DNA of 16,500 nucleotides from Ginkgo biloba (taxonomy: Eukaryota > Plantae > Ginkgophyta): the NCBI GenBank assembly GCA_024626585.2, contig JANKJI020000002.1, forward strand, positions 116,866,219-116,882,718, read 5' to 3'. Within the stretch, counting starts at the first letter, position 1, and every line of letters starts with the position of its first letter. This document shows, one piece after another, positions 1 through 10,095 of this stretch. Both the position numbers and the translations under genes were made by a program. A model generated the notes under the pieces. That model was not told the DNA's origin. It saw nothing but the letters and a program-made list of their open reading frames with translations, and ran no database searches.

Positions 1-720
1 GTCCACCAACAAACTTAAGAAGTTGTGTCTCAACATCATCGGTAACAATTAACATGATGGACATTTTATGGAAGGCATCTATGTACTATTGCATTGATTG
101 TCCAGGTTGTTGTCTTAAATGGAGCCACTTCTTTTTCAAGTCAACCAAGTATACCAGAGGATAGAATCGTTATTTGACAGTTGTGTTGAAGTCATCCCAC
201 TGCGTGATGGTAGGTTGTTGAGCAGTTGCTTGGGTTTGAAGTCTTCCACCGTGCCTGTTCTAACATGTGTACAATTGCCAAAGTGATCTATTGCGCTTGT
301 GTAAGGTGTGGTTGGCAGGTGAAGTAGGCCTCTAAGGCCCTAATCCAGTTATCCAAGCCCTCAGGGTTGATTGATGCGTCAAACTGTGGAATGGAAATCC
401 TTGTGTTAAGTTTCAAGGCTGGTTGAATAAGAACTGCCTGTGGAATGTTAGCACCTAGAGGAGCACCTGGTTGATTACCCAATTGTTGGAGTTGAGAGAT
501 GAGGTTGGTCATGTCCAACTGTGTCTGCACCAACTGCCTTTGAACATCCATTTGTTGTTGCTGGAAGGCCTGTTGGGCTTGCTGCGACTGTTTGACCATT
601 TCCATCATGTCTAAGGTGGCACAACGCTGCTCTCTGAGTTCTTCTGCGAATAAGGAGAGGGCGTTTGAAGTGATAGGAATCTCTTAAGACTGATCGGTCT
701 ATGGTACCTTTGCCTTCTGC
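1..720 (-). mobile_element. gag: Ty3/gypsy LTR retrotransposon, degenerate gag region (continues beyond the left edge of the window)
   Basis: The minus strand reads a Q-rich N-terminus, then ISIPQFDASINPEGLDNWIRALEAYF (ORF 288-608). After stops and frameshifts it continues TQWDDFNTTVK*RFYPLVY...LRQQPGQSMQ*YIDAFHKM...LLKFVGG, the typical retrotransposon gag pattern W..F.....F.P..Y...LRQ...S...Y...F. Confidence 0.85.
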
Positions 721-3442
721 ATAATGACTGCACTAAATTGAACTGTGTGTATGTGGTTAGGGTTCACTATAAGGCTTCCTAGGTGGTTGGATTGGTTAGA
801 AGAGTTATNNNNNNNNNNNNNNNNNNNNNNNNNNNATCCTGTGGCAAGCGGTTGGAGATTGAAACCAGAGATGTGCAATGATCCACTTGCCAAGGTGAAC
901 TGTCTCAGGATGCTTGCACACTGACAAGAATCAAGTCTTCAGGTAATACTAGTACTCGCCTCGGATGCAAAATTGATAGATTTTGAGTAAGGTCAAGTAT
1001 CGAAAATCTAACTAGTTTCTCTCAAAGGAAGCAAGGTACTAAAAATAAAAAATAATGTCTCAATTTGGTTTTCCTGGTGTAGTTTTAAATGTAAATACAG
1101 AAAACGGAAAATAACTGAGAAATGGGAAAAATAATAATGAAATCCACAAGAACTAACCATAATGAGGGGTTAGGTGTTGAAATTGCGAAAATATGGAGCC
1201 GACAAGTGCGAGTCACAAAAAACGAAGAGTGGAGGTGCAAGTTGAGCTCAAAAAGGCGAATAAAGGTGATTTTTAAAAGAATTTTATAAAAACCTTTTCA
1301 ATTTAAAACAAAATATTTTGCAGAATAGATACTTTAAAAAGTATAGATACTTGAAATGTTGTAGTCGCTTCTATGTATAAACTGAGTTGTCTTGCTCTCT
1401 TCGAGTCATTGAAATTGCATGTGTTACAAGGGTCAATTAGTACCATTACTTTTGATTTCCAAATGAAGTTAGTAATCTTGAGAATGTCTAGCTTTTGGAA
1501 TCCTATTGTTGTTGATAGAGAAATTTGGAATCCACTCTTCTTGAAAAAGATGGACCACCTAAACATTGAAGGATTCTCCCAAATTGTGTGTCATTCTTTG
1601 AAGAAATGCTCTTTGAAGTCTTTATAGGCTACAATTCCCTAACTTATCATAGTGTTAAACTTCTTATGCACCCAAGTGAATGCATGAACTTCTAGTTATT
1701 GAGAATGAGCCTCACTTTCTCTATGATATGATTGTTGAGAAATGCCATATCTGATTTGGCAATCAACTACTTTGGTTTGATTGGTCCATCTAACTTGTAT
1801 TGGGNNNNNNNNNNNNNNNNNNNNNNNNNNNNNNNNNNNNNNNNNNNNNNNNNNNNNCTACCAGCGTTGTTCAATGGCAGTAAGGGTTACCTTGCCTATT
1901 GAAGTTTTGTAGTGCTTAGTTTATGATCTTTATCATCCTTTGGTCTAATCCTTATCCAAGTTGTTAATCCTTTTGTTTATCCCTTCCACTTTATTTTTGA
2001 GTTTGATCACTTTTCTCTTCTATGCTTTCCATTTTTCTTTAGCCCACTGACCAACTTTGTAATGGCATACAATGTCTTGGTCACAAGATCGTTACGAGAA
2101 TCAAATACCACTCGTAATGACCCTTTTAGGTCTACTCCAAATAACCACATAACTACTTGCAAGAAAATATAAAGATATTCATAACTCAATAAAAAGAAAT
2201 AAAATTGTCATAAATGTCTCAAGTCACTAATATGAAGCACAAGGAATGAGTGTGATAGCAATGGTAAAAAAACAAATAAGAAGTCCCACTTCCCCACACA
2301 TTTCTTCCTTGAGAAGTTTTCCTCCAAACAAGCACTCAATTGATGAGTTTACATTTACCACTACGTGTACTTATGGTAACATCTTCAGAAGTACATAACC
2401 ATTCATAAAAGGTGGTGACTCTTCATCTTGATAACTGGGTAACATTAGTGGATTAAGGATACATTGATCTTCTTTAGGTTATTTAAGGTCGATATACTTA
2501 TTTAAGTGTTGTAATAGCGCTCTATTGCATTGTGAATGGAATCACAACATCCTTAGCCCATAAATAAGGGTCCTTTGGGGTTTTAGTGCCTTTTAGGCTT
2601 ATGTTGTGACCTAAATCCACAACAAAACCCTTGTGGGAATATATTAGATTTTAATCAATTGGCCTTTGCTAAACAGTTGCATATGGGTCAACCATTATTT
2701 TCATTGGCTTTAGGTGTAGCCCATATTTATATACAAGTCATCATTAGAATAAATGAATACACAATGGCGAATCTCCACAAAGAACATTTGCTCTTAAGAC
2801 CACATCAAGAATCTACCCCATGACCTTGTTGGGTCAAGCCCTTAGGATGATAGTGTACATTTAACAAGTTAATCCTTGTAATAATCAATGCTTTACTAAG
2901 AATGGTATACATTTCACTTCTAGCTTGGGTAAGGAAGATTGGATAATGCATCGTAATATCTTCAACTTGGATATAGTTTGGGGAATAAGCTTGCTTGAGA
3001 TCTAACTANNNNNNNNNNNNNNNNNNNNNNNNNNNNNNNNNNNNNNNNNNNNNNNNNNNNNNNNNNNNNNNNNNNNNNNNNNNNNNNNNNNNNNNNNNNN
3101 NNNNNNNNCCATCTAACTCTCCTCCTCAAATTAATCTATTTATTTAGAAGAATACTTAGAGCATTGAAGGTTTGATTTAACACAATGGCACCATGAACGA
3201 CAACATTTTCTACTTGTTGTGCCTTAGTCTCTTCTCCTTTTGGATCATTTCCCCCCTCTCAATGGCACCTATGTTTTCCCACAATTTTTGTACCCATCCT
3301 TGCTACAAATGGCCCTCCTCATTCTGTGATGTAACCAACAATAACTTAAAGAATTTAGGAAAGGGTTTAAGATAAACCGATATGGGTGGGAGTGGTAGTG
3401 TAAACACTAGGTAAGATGGAACAATTCCTAGAGTCTTCATCT

Positions 3443-5137
3443 TGATGCAGCCAGTTAGTTACTTTGTCGCTCGTCGACGACACTATGCATCCCTGATAGA
3501 GGGATGACCACCTTTTCTTTAGAGCTAATGGTGTGTCCGTTGTCGCTAAACTAACGCCTGTCATCGACTGCCTCCAAGATCTCAACAGACAGACTCGCCA
3601 AACATTGTCGGCGAACCCCCCTTGGGGCACATGTTGTTTGTCAATGACGTCAGTGCAGAGAGTGNNNNNNNNNNNNNNNNNNNNNNNNNNNNNNNNNNNN
3701 NNNNNNNNNNNNNNNNNNNNNNNNNNNNNNNNNNNNNNNNNNNNNNNNNNNNNNNNNNNNNNNNNNNNNNNTGAATGTGTCCTTGACTCATTGTCGACCA
3801 CGGAAGTTCCACAAGCTTAGCACCATGAAAGACACAAAAAGAAACGCAACATGCACAGACATAGATAGGGATGCAAATACCTTTAGTCATTCACTTCATT
3901 AGTAACTTAACACAATAGAGCATGGCCCATTGGCTTGTCCAGTGGTTTACATGTAATAAGCCCCTGTTGAGTTTACTCATAGAATATGAGGTTTATCTTC
4001 ACGTGATATTATTATGTCATCTCCTAAACCCAAATACAAATTTTTATGTTGGTTCAAATGGAGTTGTAGGTGGTGTTGCCTCTTTCTCAGCGATTCTACA
4101 CAATCCATCTAACTTCTTGTCTTCTACCCTTGACTGCCACAATCGCCAACCTGCTAACTTCCTCCCTTCTCTTAGCTACTTGGCAAAGTGTTGCCTCTCA
4201 GTTCTGCGGTCTACACTTCAGGCCTGTGCTTCTAGGTCCTCTCGTTCCCTTATATCTTCCTCCTTCTCCAGGCTGCCTCAAACGGCGATCTACCCAAGTT
4301 TCACCTTCAACCTCCTTCATCCTTCTTCTTCCTTCTCTTCCTCTATCCTACCTTCATCGTTCTACTCTCTTCCCTCTCTTGCTCCTGCTACCTACCTCTT
4401 TCTATTTTCAGGGCTTATATGTGCCTTTCAAATTCTCTGGGTGCCAATGGTCCTAGTTAGTGTGATCCATTAAAGCTCTCCAACGGCTCTGGCCATTATG
4501 GTTGGCTGGTGGTTATTGTAGTAAATACCATCTACCTGCAACGTCCATTTTCTCCTCTATGCGCTTTCTCCCTTCGGCCTCCTAGTGCCTCGTTTCTGCA
4601 CAATGATGTACGCAGCGGCATTCGTCGTTTTATCATTTATGGAGCCTTCCCACCTAAGGGTGTTTTTAAGCCTTCTCCCTTTATGAGATGAGGGCTTCTG
4701 GTCCCAACTCGATCCATATACGAGCATATACATACAATGATGTTGGACTCATCCATTGTCGTTGAGTCAACATACAGTTCCAACATGCCTTATCATCTGC
4801 CACTCCTCATTGCAATCCTCAGCTTGTCGGCACTTCGTTCGGATAAACCGACAATCCATATCTCCAACACATCGCATTTCACAATTTGCTTGGATCCGCG
4901 TGACATCAAGTGACCATGTAGTCGACAAACAAAATGTCATCGACAAAACAAAAGACAATGTTACCGACAAAACACAACGATAACGTCGCGAACAAAATAC
5001 AACAATGTCTCCAACACCCAAAGACGATGTTGTCGACAAAACACAACCCGCCGACATCCCGAGGGTTCGGTGCTATGCCTTCGCCAAAATTGTCAAAACT
5101 GCTCCTCCGACGGTGATGTTGGGATGCTCCTGCATCA
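3443..5137 (-). mobile_element. Solo-type LTR (~1.7 kb) of the Ty3/gypsy family that also occupies 7423-7665 and 13664-14814
   Basis: Termini are TGATGCAG (3443) and CTGCATCA (5137), an 8-bp inverted repeat. 3443-~4580 aligns colinearly with 13664-14814, which lies next to the PBS. ~4836-5137 aligns with 7423-7665, which lies next to the PPT. This copy has no adjacent PBS or PPT and contains a 107-N gap. Confidence 0.9.
4911..5046. repeat. Degenerate ~19-25 bp tandem repeat (consensus ~GACAATGTYRTCGACAAAACAMAA, about 6 units) inside the LTR U3 region
   Basis: Units: gaccatgtagtcgacaaacaaaa / tgtcatcgacaaaacaaaa / gacaatgttaccgacaaaacacaac / gataacgtcgcgaacaaaatac / aacaatgtctccaacacccaaa / gacgatgttgtcgacaaaacacaa. 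Confidence 0.75.
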
Positions 5138-5458
5138 AGAGTGAAACAGGAAAATGGTGGAATCCACCAATTCCCTGTGAAGAAAGAACATGCCATTTAT
5201 GCAATACAGACAAAGTAGAAGATGAGCAACATGCCCTTTTAGAGTACTCAACCAACTTAAAAATTTAAGATAACTTTTGTGACATCATGGCAAAAGGAGA
5301 TAAACATACAAAGCTTGTTAAATAGTAAAGACATTGGTAGACTAGGAAGCTCATAACATAAATCGTAAAGAATAGAAAGTTCCTACTAAATTTGTCATTC
5401 TTGTATATTTCAATAGGCCTGTTTTGCTCTTAGTGGATGTAAATAAATTTCATTTCAT
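5138..5458 (+). mobile_element. 3' end of a non-LTR retrotransposon (LINE; RTE-X/L2/CR1-like ORF2 C-terminus plus 3' UTR)
   Basis: Translates as SETGKWWNPPIPCEERTCHLCNTDKVEDEQHALLEY, matching the LINE ORF2 C-terminal ETGRW...EER.C..C....VEDE.H.L..C motif. It ends in gtggatgtAAATAAAtttcatttcat, an AATAAA followed by a short simple-repeat tail. Confidence 0.7.
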
Positions 5459-5825
5459 ATTGGACCTTCTGATTGGATAATCTCATATGAGAGAACCATT
5501 AGGCTGACCTACCCCACCAATACTAAGTTGTAGTGCTCAAGAAGCTGGTTGGTCTTGTCATGCGTAGGGTTTGAGAGTCTAGTGGTGGGTGCGAAGAATC
5601 TGTCGAGTTTAAAGATCTCATGTAGATATAACTATATTGATTTGCACTTTCAATCCTATCTGAAGCTTTCTTTAGTCTTTATGTCAGAGGGTTACAAGCG
5701 TTGTTGACTGTCAACTTCTTTTGCCACCCCAGTGAATGGGAGTTAAGAATTCCTCTTCGTGCTGCTTGTAATGGATCTGTTTCATAGTTGATATTTGTGT
5801 GCATTCATATTTCATTTGCTTTCTG

Positions 5826-5852
5826 AACAAAACAAAAAACAAAAACAAAACC
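5826..5852. repeat. Short A-rich microsatellite (A)4-6C
   Basis: aacaaaacaaaaaacaaaaacaaaacc. Confidence 0.6.
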
Positions 5853-6717
5853 AAGTAAGATACGGAGGAATATTCCTTAGCATCCCTGCATTCCATACTC
5901 CAAAATGTTTAGGAATTGTGAATATTTCCATTTGAATTGGGATCATTTTCATTGACCAGTAACCTTTGTCTGAATGTTTTGGAACATTCCCAATCATGAA
6001 AACTGGTGCAACTTCTTCTCTTCAAATATATGGATGCATCTATTTTCCAAATATGCAAATTGTGCACGCTTGTACTTTTACAGTTAACCTGCTAACATTG
6101 TTTAATGGCATTTTTAAGAACTAGCTTTTAGAGCTTAAAGCAGAGTTTGAGACCCAACTCATCCTAGTGGAAAACTTAACTCATCCTACCTGAAATGTCC
6201 CCTACTTCTGGGATTCTGCTTTCCTTTCTTGTTGCCTTGCTGAAGTGAAATATTTCTAACAACGTTTCATACAGCATAGCTTTTAAGATTGTATGATTGT
6301 AAAACATGTTTTTGTTACCGTTTTCGGATTGAAGTAGTCTTCCAACAGATTATGGCATTAACCCATTTCCAGGCCTCGTACATTATTGGAAGCATATATC
6401 TTTTTAGAAACAAAGTGCTTGAAAACATGGTTGTTATGATTGCCCAAACCGTCTTTGTACAATTCTCATACCTTGTCTATTTGAAACGTATTTGTTGTCA
6501 CGAACAAGTCCTTGGAAACATGGCTGCCATAATTTAAAAAAATTTCTTTGTTCAATAGTATTTCATATTGTATGGTGCTTCACTCTTTTGAAATTTGTAT
6601 ATATAGATTATCTGTAATATCCCCTTTACTTGGGTGTGCTTGTATGTCTTTTAAGCAATTGTTGGAAGTATTCCATTTTCTTGTATTTCTTACTGGATAG
6701 GACGTCTCAAATTCTAG

Positions 6718-6879
6718 GAAATGTGTCTAGAGTGAAGCAGTCGAATGTACAATCTGGATATTGGCGCTGCACAGTGTGCAAATATGATAATCCTGAGTAT
6801 CTATCTGCATGTGACATATGTGGAGTGAGTTGTAATGCTTCTCTAGCAGTCTCTCAGACAGCTGTTGCAGAGACAAAAG
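6718..6879 (+). CDS. HBS1: Internal exon of HBS1/SKI7-like translational GTPase gene encoding the N-terminal RanBP2-type zinc finger
   Basis: Encodes (G)NVSRVKQSNVQSGYWRCTVCKYDNPEYLSACDICGVSCNASLAVSQTAVAETK. The W-x-C-x2-C-x-Y-D-N-x6-C-x2-C-G motif matches plant HBS1 (WRCxICTYDN...ACDICG). The donor is AAAG|GTGCGT at 6879/6880 (phase 1). The acceptor is ttctag|GA at 6717/6718, with an alternative AG at 6699-6700, so the start is less certain. Confidence 0.85.
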
Positions 6880-7076
6880 GTGCGTGAAGTGTTTTAGGAG
6901 GATAAACCTTTCCATTTCCATTTAAAATTAAACATAAGTTTTAGTACATCATACTTGAGATCTTTCCAGTATAAGAAAGTTTTGAGTTGATTGCAGGACC
7001 TAGAACTTTCTGGGGCATCATTAGTTTTGTGGATTGCACAGATATGTTATGAAATGGAGTCCTTTTCTTTATGCAG

Positions 7077-7304
7077 CTAATGGCATTTGCAAAGAATCTC
7101 AAGCATCAGTATTGGCCAAATCTCTTTTTTCAATAAAGTCTTCAGGGAAGCCCAAAATGGCTAGAGTTTTTCAACAATTAAGAGATGATTTGCTGAACAG
7201 AGAAGCCGATTGTTGCCAAGGGGCTGGCATAGTTCGTGCAAAATTACATGACATTCAGAAATCATTTGCCAGTCCCGAGTCCATGTCCAGAAGTATTAGC
7301 ATAG
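7077..7304 (+). CDS. HBS1: Internal exon of HBS1/SKI7-like gene (228 nt, phase 1-1; probable SKI7-isoform cassette exon)
   Basis: Acceptor ccttttctttatgcag|CT at 7076/7077 joins in frame with the previous exon (AAA G|CT = K-A). Encodes ANGICKESQASVLAKSLFSIKSSGKPKMARVFQQLRDD...AKLHDIQKSFASPESMSRSISI, resembling the plant HBS1 long-isoform segment C(K/R)xSxxSxxAKSLF...hHxxxKAF...NI. Donor ATAG|GTCTGC at 7304/7305. Confidence 0.8.
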
Positions 7305-7422
7305 GTCTGCACATATTCCAATNNNNNNNNNNNNNNNNNNNNNNNNNNNNNNNNNNNNNNNNNNNNNNNNNNNNNNNNNNNNNNNNNNNNNNNNNNNNNN
7401 NNNNNNNNNNNNNNNNNNNNNN

Positions 7423-7665
7423 TCGTTCGGATAAACCGACAATCCATATCTCCAACACATCGCATTTCACAATCTGCTTGGCTCTGCACGACATCAAGTG
7501 ACCATGTCACTAACAAACCAAAAATGCCACTGTCACTGACAACCCAATGACAATGTTTCCAACAAAAGAACTCAAACCTCCAACGATTGAAGGTCCGGTG
7601 CTTCACCGTTGCCAAAACTATCAAAACTACATCTCCGACAATGATGTCAGGATGCTCTTGCATCA
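7423..7665 (-). mobile_element. 3' LTR (visible U3 end only) of Ty3/gypsy element 'A'
   Basis: Ends in TGCATCA at 7665 (TGATGCA on the minus strand) directly after a polypurine tract. It is homologous to 4836-5137. The remainder is lost in the 100-N gap at 7323-7422. Confidence 0.88.
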
Positions 7666-7680
7666 TCCACCCTTGCTTGT
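7666..7680 (-). promoter_or_regulatory. Polypurine tract (PPT)
   Basis: Minus-strand ACAAGCAAGGGTGGA immediately precedes the TGATGCA LTR start. Confidence 0.75.
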
Positions 7681-7689
7681 AAGAAGATG

Positions 7690-8463
7690 CATGTCCTCTG
7701 CATGTGTTGCTCAAATTCTTTCCATTTCTTTTCATCCAGCGCCCTGAGTTCCCCCTCNNNNNNNNNNNNNNNNNNNNNNNNNGTAATTCTTTCCACTTTA
7801 CCAAGGTTCTGGTGTAGTTGCCTTTCCTTGTTTCTATCACTTTCTGATCTAACACTTCTTCGATTTGCTCCTTTTTCCTTGGCACTTGTTGCCAATCGAT
7901 TGTTGCTTCTTCTGGTTCAATATCGCCCTGGAATTTGTACAAGTCTGCAATGTTGAATACCAACGAAATATCATATTTTGTCGGTGGTCTACCTCAAAAG
8001 CATTCTCATTGATCTTCTTGGTAATCTGGCATTGTCTGATCTTCTTATATTTCAATTTATTGTAAGTTCCTGGTGGAAATCTATCCTTTCTTAGGAATAC
8101 CATGACCAAATCTCCGACTTCAAACTCTGTGTTGGCAATGCAGATCAGTTGTCACTTTATATCTATCGTTGCTCTTCGCCAATTGCTATCTTACCTCCTC
8201 ATGGATTTGTTTTAGGTGCTCTGCGAGAGCCTCAACATCATCACTGACCGATTCTTCGCTTGATGTCTCAACCAAGTCTAACACTGTCTTCGGCAACCTC
8301 CCATAGACAATTTGGAAGAGTGTCAACCCGATCAACCGATTCACCGAGTTGTTGCGTGCGCCAATACTATGCCCAACTACTTGGGTTTATTCCCTACCAA
8401 GCCTCTCAACAAGTTTCCCAACGACTGATCTACCACTTCTGCCTGTTCGTCGGTTTATGGGTG
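7690..8463 (-). pseudogene. pol: Element 'A' pol 3' end: integrase core C-terminus, GPY/F-like region and chromodomain-like module (degenerate)
   Basis: HP*TDEQAEVVDQSLGNLLRGLVGNKPK corresponds to HPQTDGQTEVVNRSLGNLLR. It is followed by MVFLRKDRFPPGTYNKLKYKKI..CQITKKINENAFEVD, VFNIADLYKFQG and EQIEEVLDQKVIETRKGNYTRTLVKWK. Stops and frameshifts are present. Confidence 0.88.
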
Positions 8464-9147
8464 NNNNNNNNNNNNNNNNNNNNNNNNNNNNNNNNNNNNN
8501 NNNNNNNNNNNNNNNNNNNNNNNNNNNNNNNNNNNNNNNNNNNNNNNNNNNNNNNNNNNNNNNCACCTAAAATCCTAAGTGATATCCTCTTTAGTTAAGG
8601 ATATAGATGTGAATCCTATTACAATTTTTATTTAATCTTAGTTTGGGCCTACACAACTTTATCACACCACTTCACCCATCCACCTTGAAGTTTTAACAAA
8701 CTCTAAAAACTCGAATTCCACTTGCTCTTATGGTGTAATTACTTTTATCAACTTTAATTTCATTCTATTTTGGTTCTATGGGATCTTTTCTTCTTGGGTG
8801 AGTGTTAATATCATAATCACTTGATCTTCTAATAAAATAGAGCCAAAAAAATTGTTCAAAGTCTTGGGTACCTCCTTGGCTTCTTTTAAATCGAATTAAA
8901 ATATTCAATGGTTCTATGGAATTAAATTCATAGATCCTCCTACATCCATTGATTCTGACATGTCTTCATGATAATTCAAAACTTCACTTAATTCTCCTCT
9001 AATATGTACAAGACATAATATGGGAAATTTTATTCATAAAAACTCAAACCTTTATAACTCCTAAAGTGTGAAATACTAAGCCTCTATGAAAAATGTGAAA
9101 AAAATTGNNNNNNNNNNNNNNNNNNNNNNNNNNNNNNNNNNNNNNNN

Positions 9148-10095
9148 ATTTGTAGGCCCTCCTATATATGCCCTTCTTTAAAATTCTTCCACTTTCCTTC
9201 ATCCAAGATTTGAACCTCTTCCTCAACAATCCAAGTGTTTTATTCTTTTGGTATTCCTCTCCACCTCATCAAATATATGGTTTAGCTACCCCTTCTAGTT
9301 TCTACCACTTTCTAGTACAACACTTCTTTAACTTCCTCTTTAGTTCTTGTTGTTGTCAAATTTTCACCTCTTCTTCTNNNNNNNNNNNNNNNNNNNNNNN
9401 NNNNNNNNNNNNCATTAAAGAGCAATAAAATATCATATTCTGTCAATACGTCCACCTCATATTCTCTCATTTATCTTCTTGGTAATCTAACATGGCCCAA
9501 TCTTCTTATACTTCATCTAATTATAGGTTCCTTTAGGAAATCTATCCTTAGGAATACCATGAAATAGTCTGACTTTAAATTATTTGTTTCAATGATGTTG
9601 ATTTGTCACTACTTTATATATTTTTTTTCTCTTCACAAACTGCTAGTTTACCTCTTAATGGACTTGCTTGATATGTTTTTCCATTGCTTTTGTGTCATCA
9701 TTGATTAGTTCTTTACTCAAAATATCTACCAATCCCACTACTATCTTTGGTAATCTCCCATACACAACTTGAAATGGTGTAAACCCAATTTACTAGTTTA
9801 TTAAGCTATTATATGCAAACTCATCTTGTGCTAGCATCAAATCCCATTTTTTAGGTCATCTCCTGGCCAAAATTCTCATCAAATTTCCCAAATACTAGTT
9901 TATTACCTATGTATGTTTGTTGGTATGTGGGTGGTATGCATTGTTGTATTGTAGTTTGGTGTCTAACGTATTCCATAGTGTTTACCAAAAATGGCTTAGG
10001 AATTTGTTGTCGCAATCGGAAGTGATGCTCTTGGGCAACCCATGCAATAGCAATATCTCTCAAAAAAATAAGTCAACAATCTAGCTTGCATCATT
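9148..10095 (-). pseudogene. pol: Element 'B' integrase core/C-terminus and chromodomain-like module (heavily decayed paralog of 7690-8463)
   Basis: [39 protein letters not shown]...AYHP; KWDLMLAQDEFAYN..IGFTPFQVVYG; DRFPKGTYN*MKYKKIGPC*ITKKINE; EEVKEVLY*KVVETRRG...YLMRWRGIPKE*NTWI. Confidence 0.87.

Noticed and set aside
1300-1804. Putative 5' LTR/PBS of the gag element at 1-720 (TATA-like CCTATAAAG on the minus strand near 1620-1628)
   Set aside because: There is no recognisable PBS, TG..CA terminus or second copy to define the boundaries.
1870-1903. Imperfect hairpin ttcaatggcagtaa-ggg-ttaccttgcctattgaa
   Set aside because: It is short and bulged, too small for a miRNA precursor, and has no supporting context.
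2416-2432. TCTTCATCTTGAT shared with the left LTR junction (3434-3446)
   Set aside because: The 13-bp match does not extend on either side and is plausibly chance in AT-rich DNA.
3250-3442. Possible decayed LINE ORF1 zinc knuckle on the minus strand (VYLKPFPKF...EGHL*QGW), or a plus-strand continuation of the LINE (MEQFLESSS)
   Set aside because: The key Cys and His residues are missing, and the similarity is too weak to call without a search.
3922-4473. 183-aa + strand ORF (and overlapping 128-aa ORF) inside the LTR
   Set aside because: It is a low-complexity S/L/P/F product of a pyrimidine-rich LTR strand. The homologous region at 14154-14689 lacks the ATG and is split by frameshifts and stops, so there is no sign of coding conservation.
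4911-5046. Repeat array considered as a CRISPR-like array
   Set aside because: The units are degenerate and directly adjacent with no unique spacers, the context is a eukaryotic LTR, and there are no cas genes.
5867-5990. Possible MITE with GGAATATTCC / GGAACATTCC ends
   Set aside because: The terminal similarity is only about 13/17, comes mainly from self-palindromes, and has no TSD.
6630-7501. ORFs 6630-6887 and 7034-7501 as stand-alone genes
   Set aside because: They extend into intron, gap and LTR sequence. Only the splice-bounded parts resemble HBS1.
8564-9107. Putative 3' LTR of element B
   Set aside because: The position fits, but both ends are in gaps and no partner LTR is visible.
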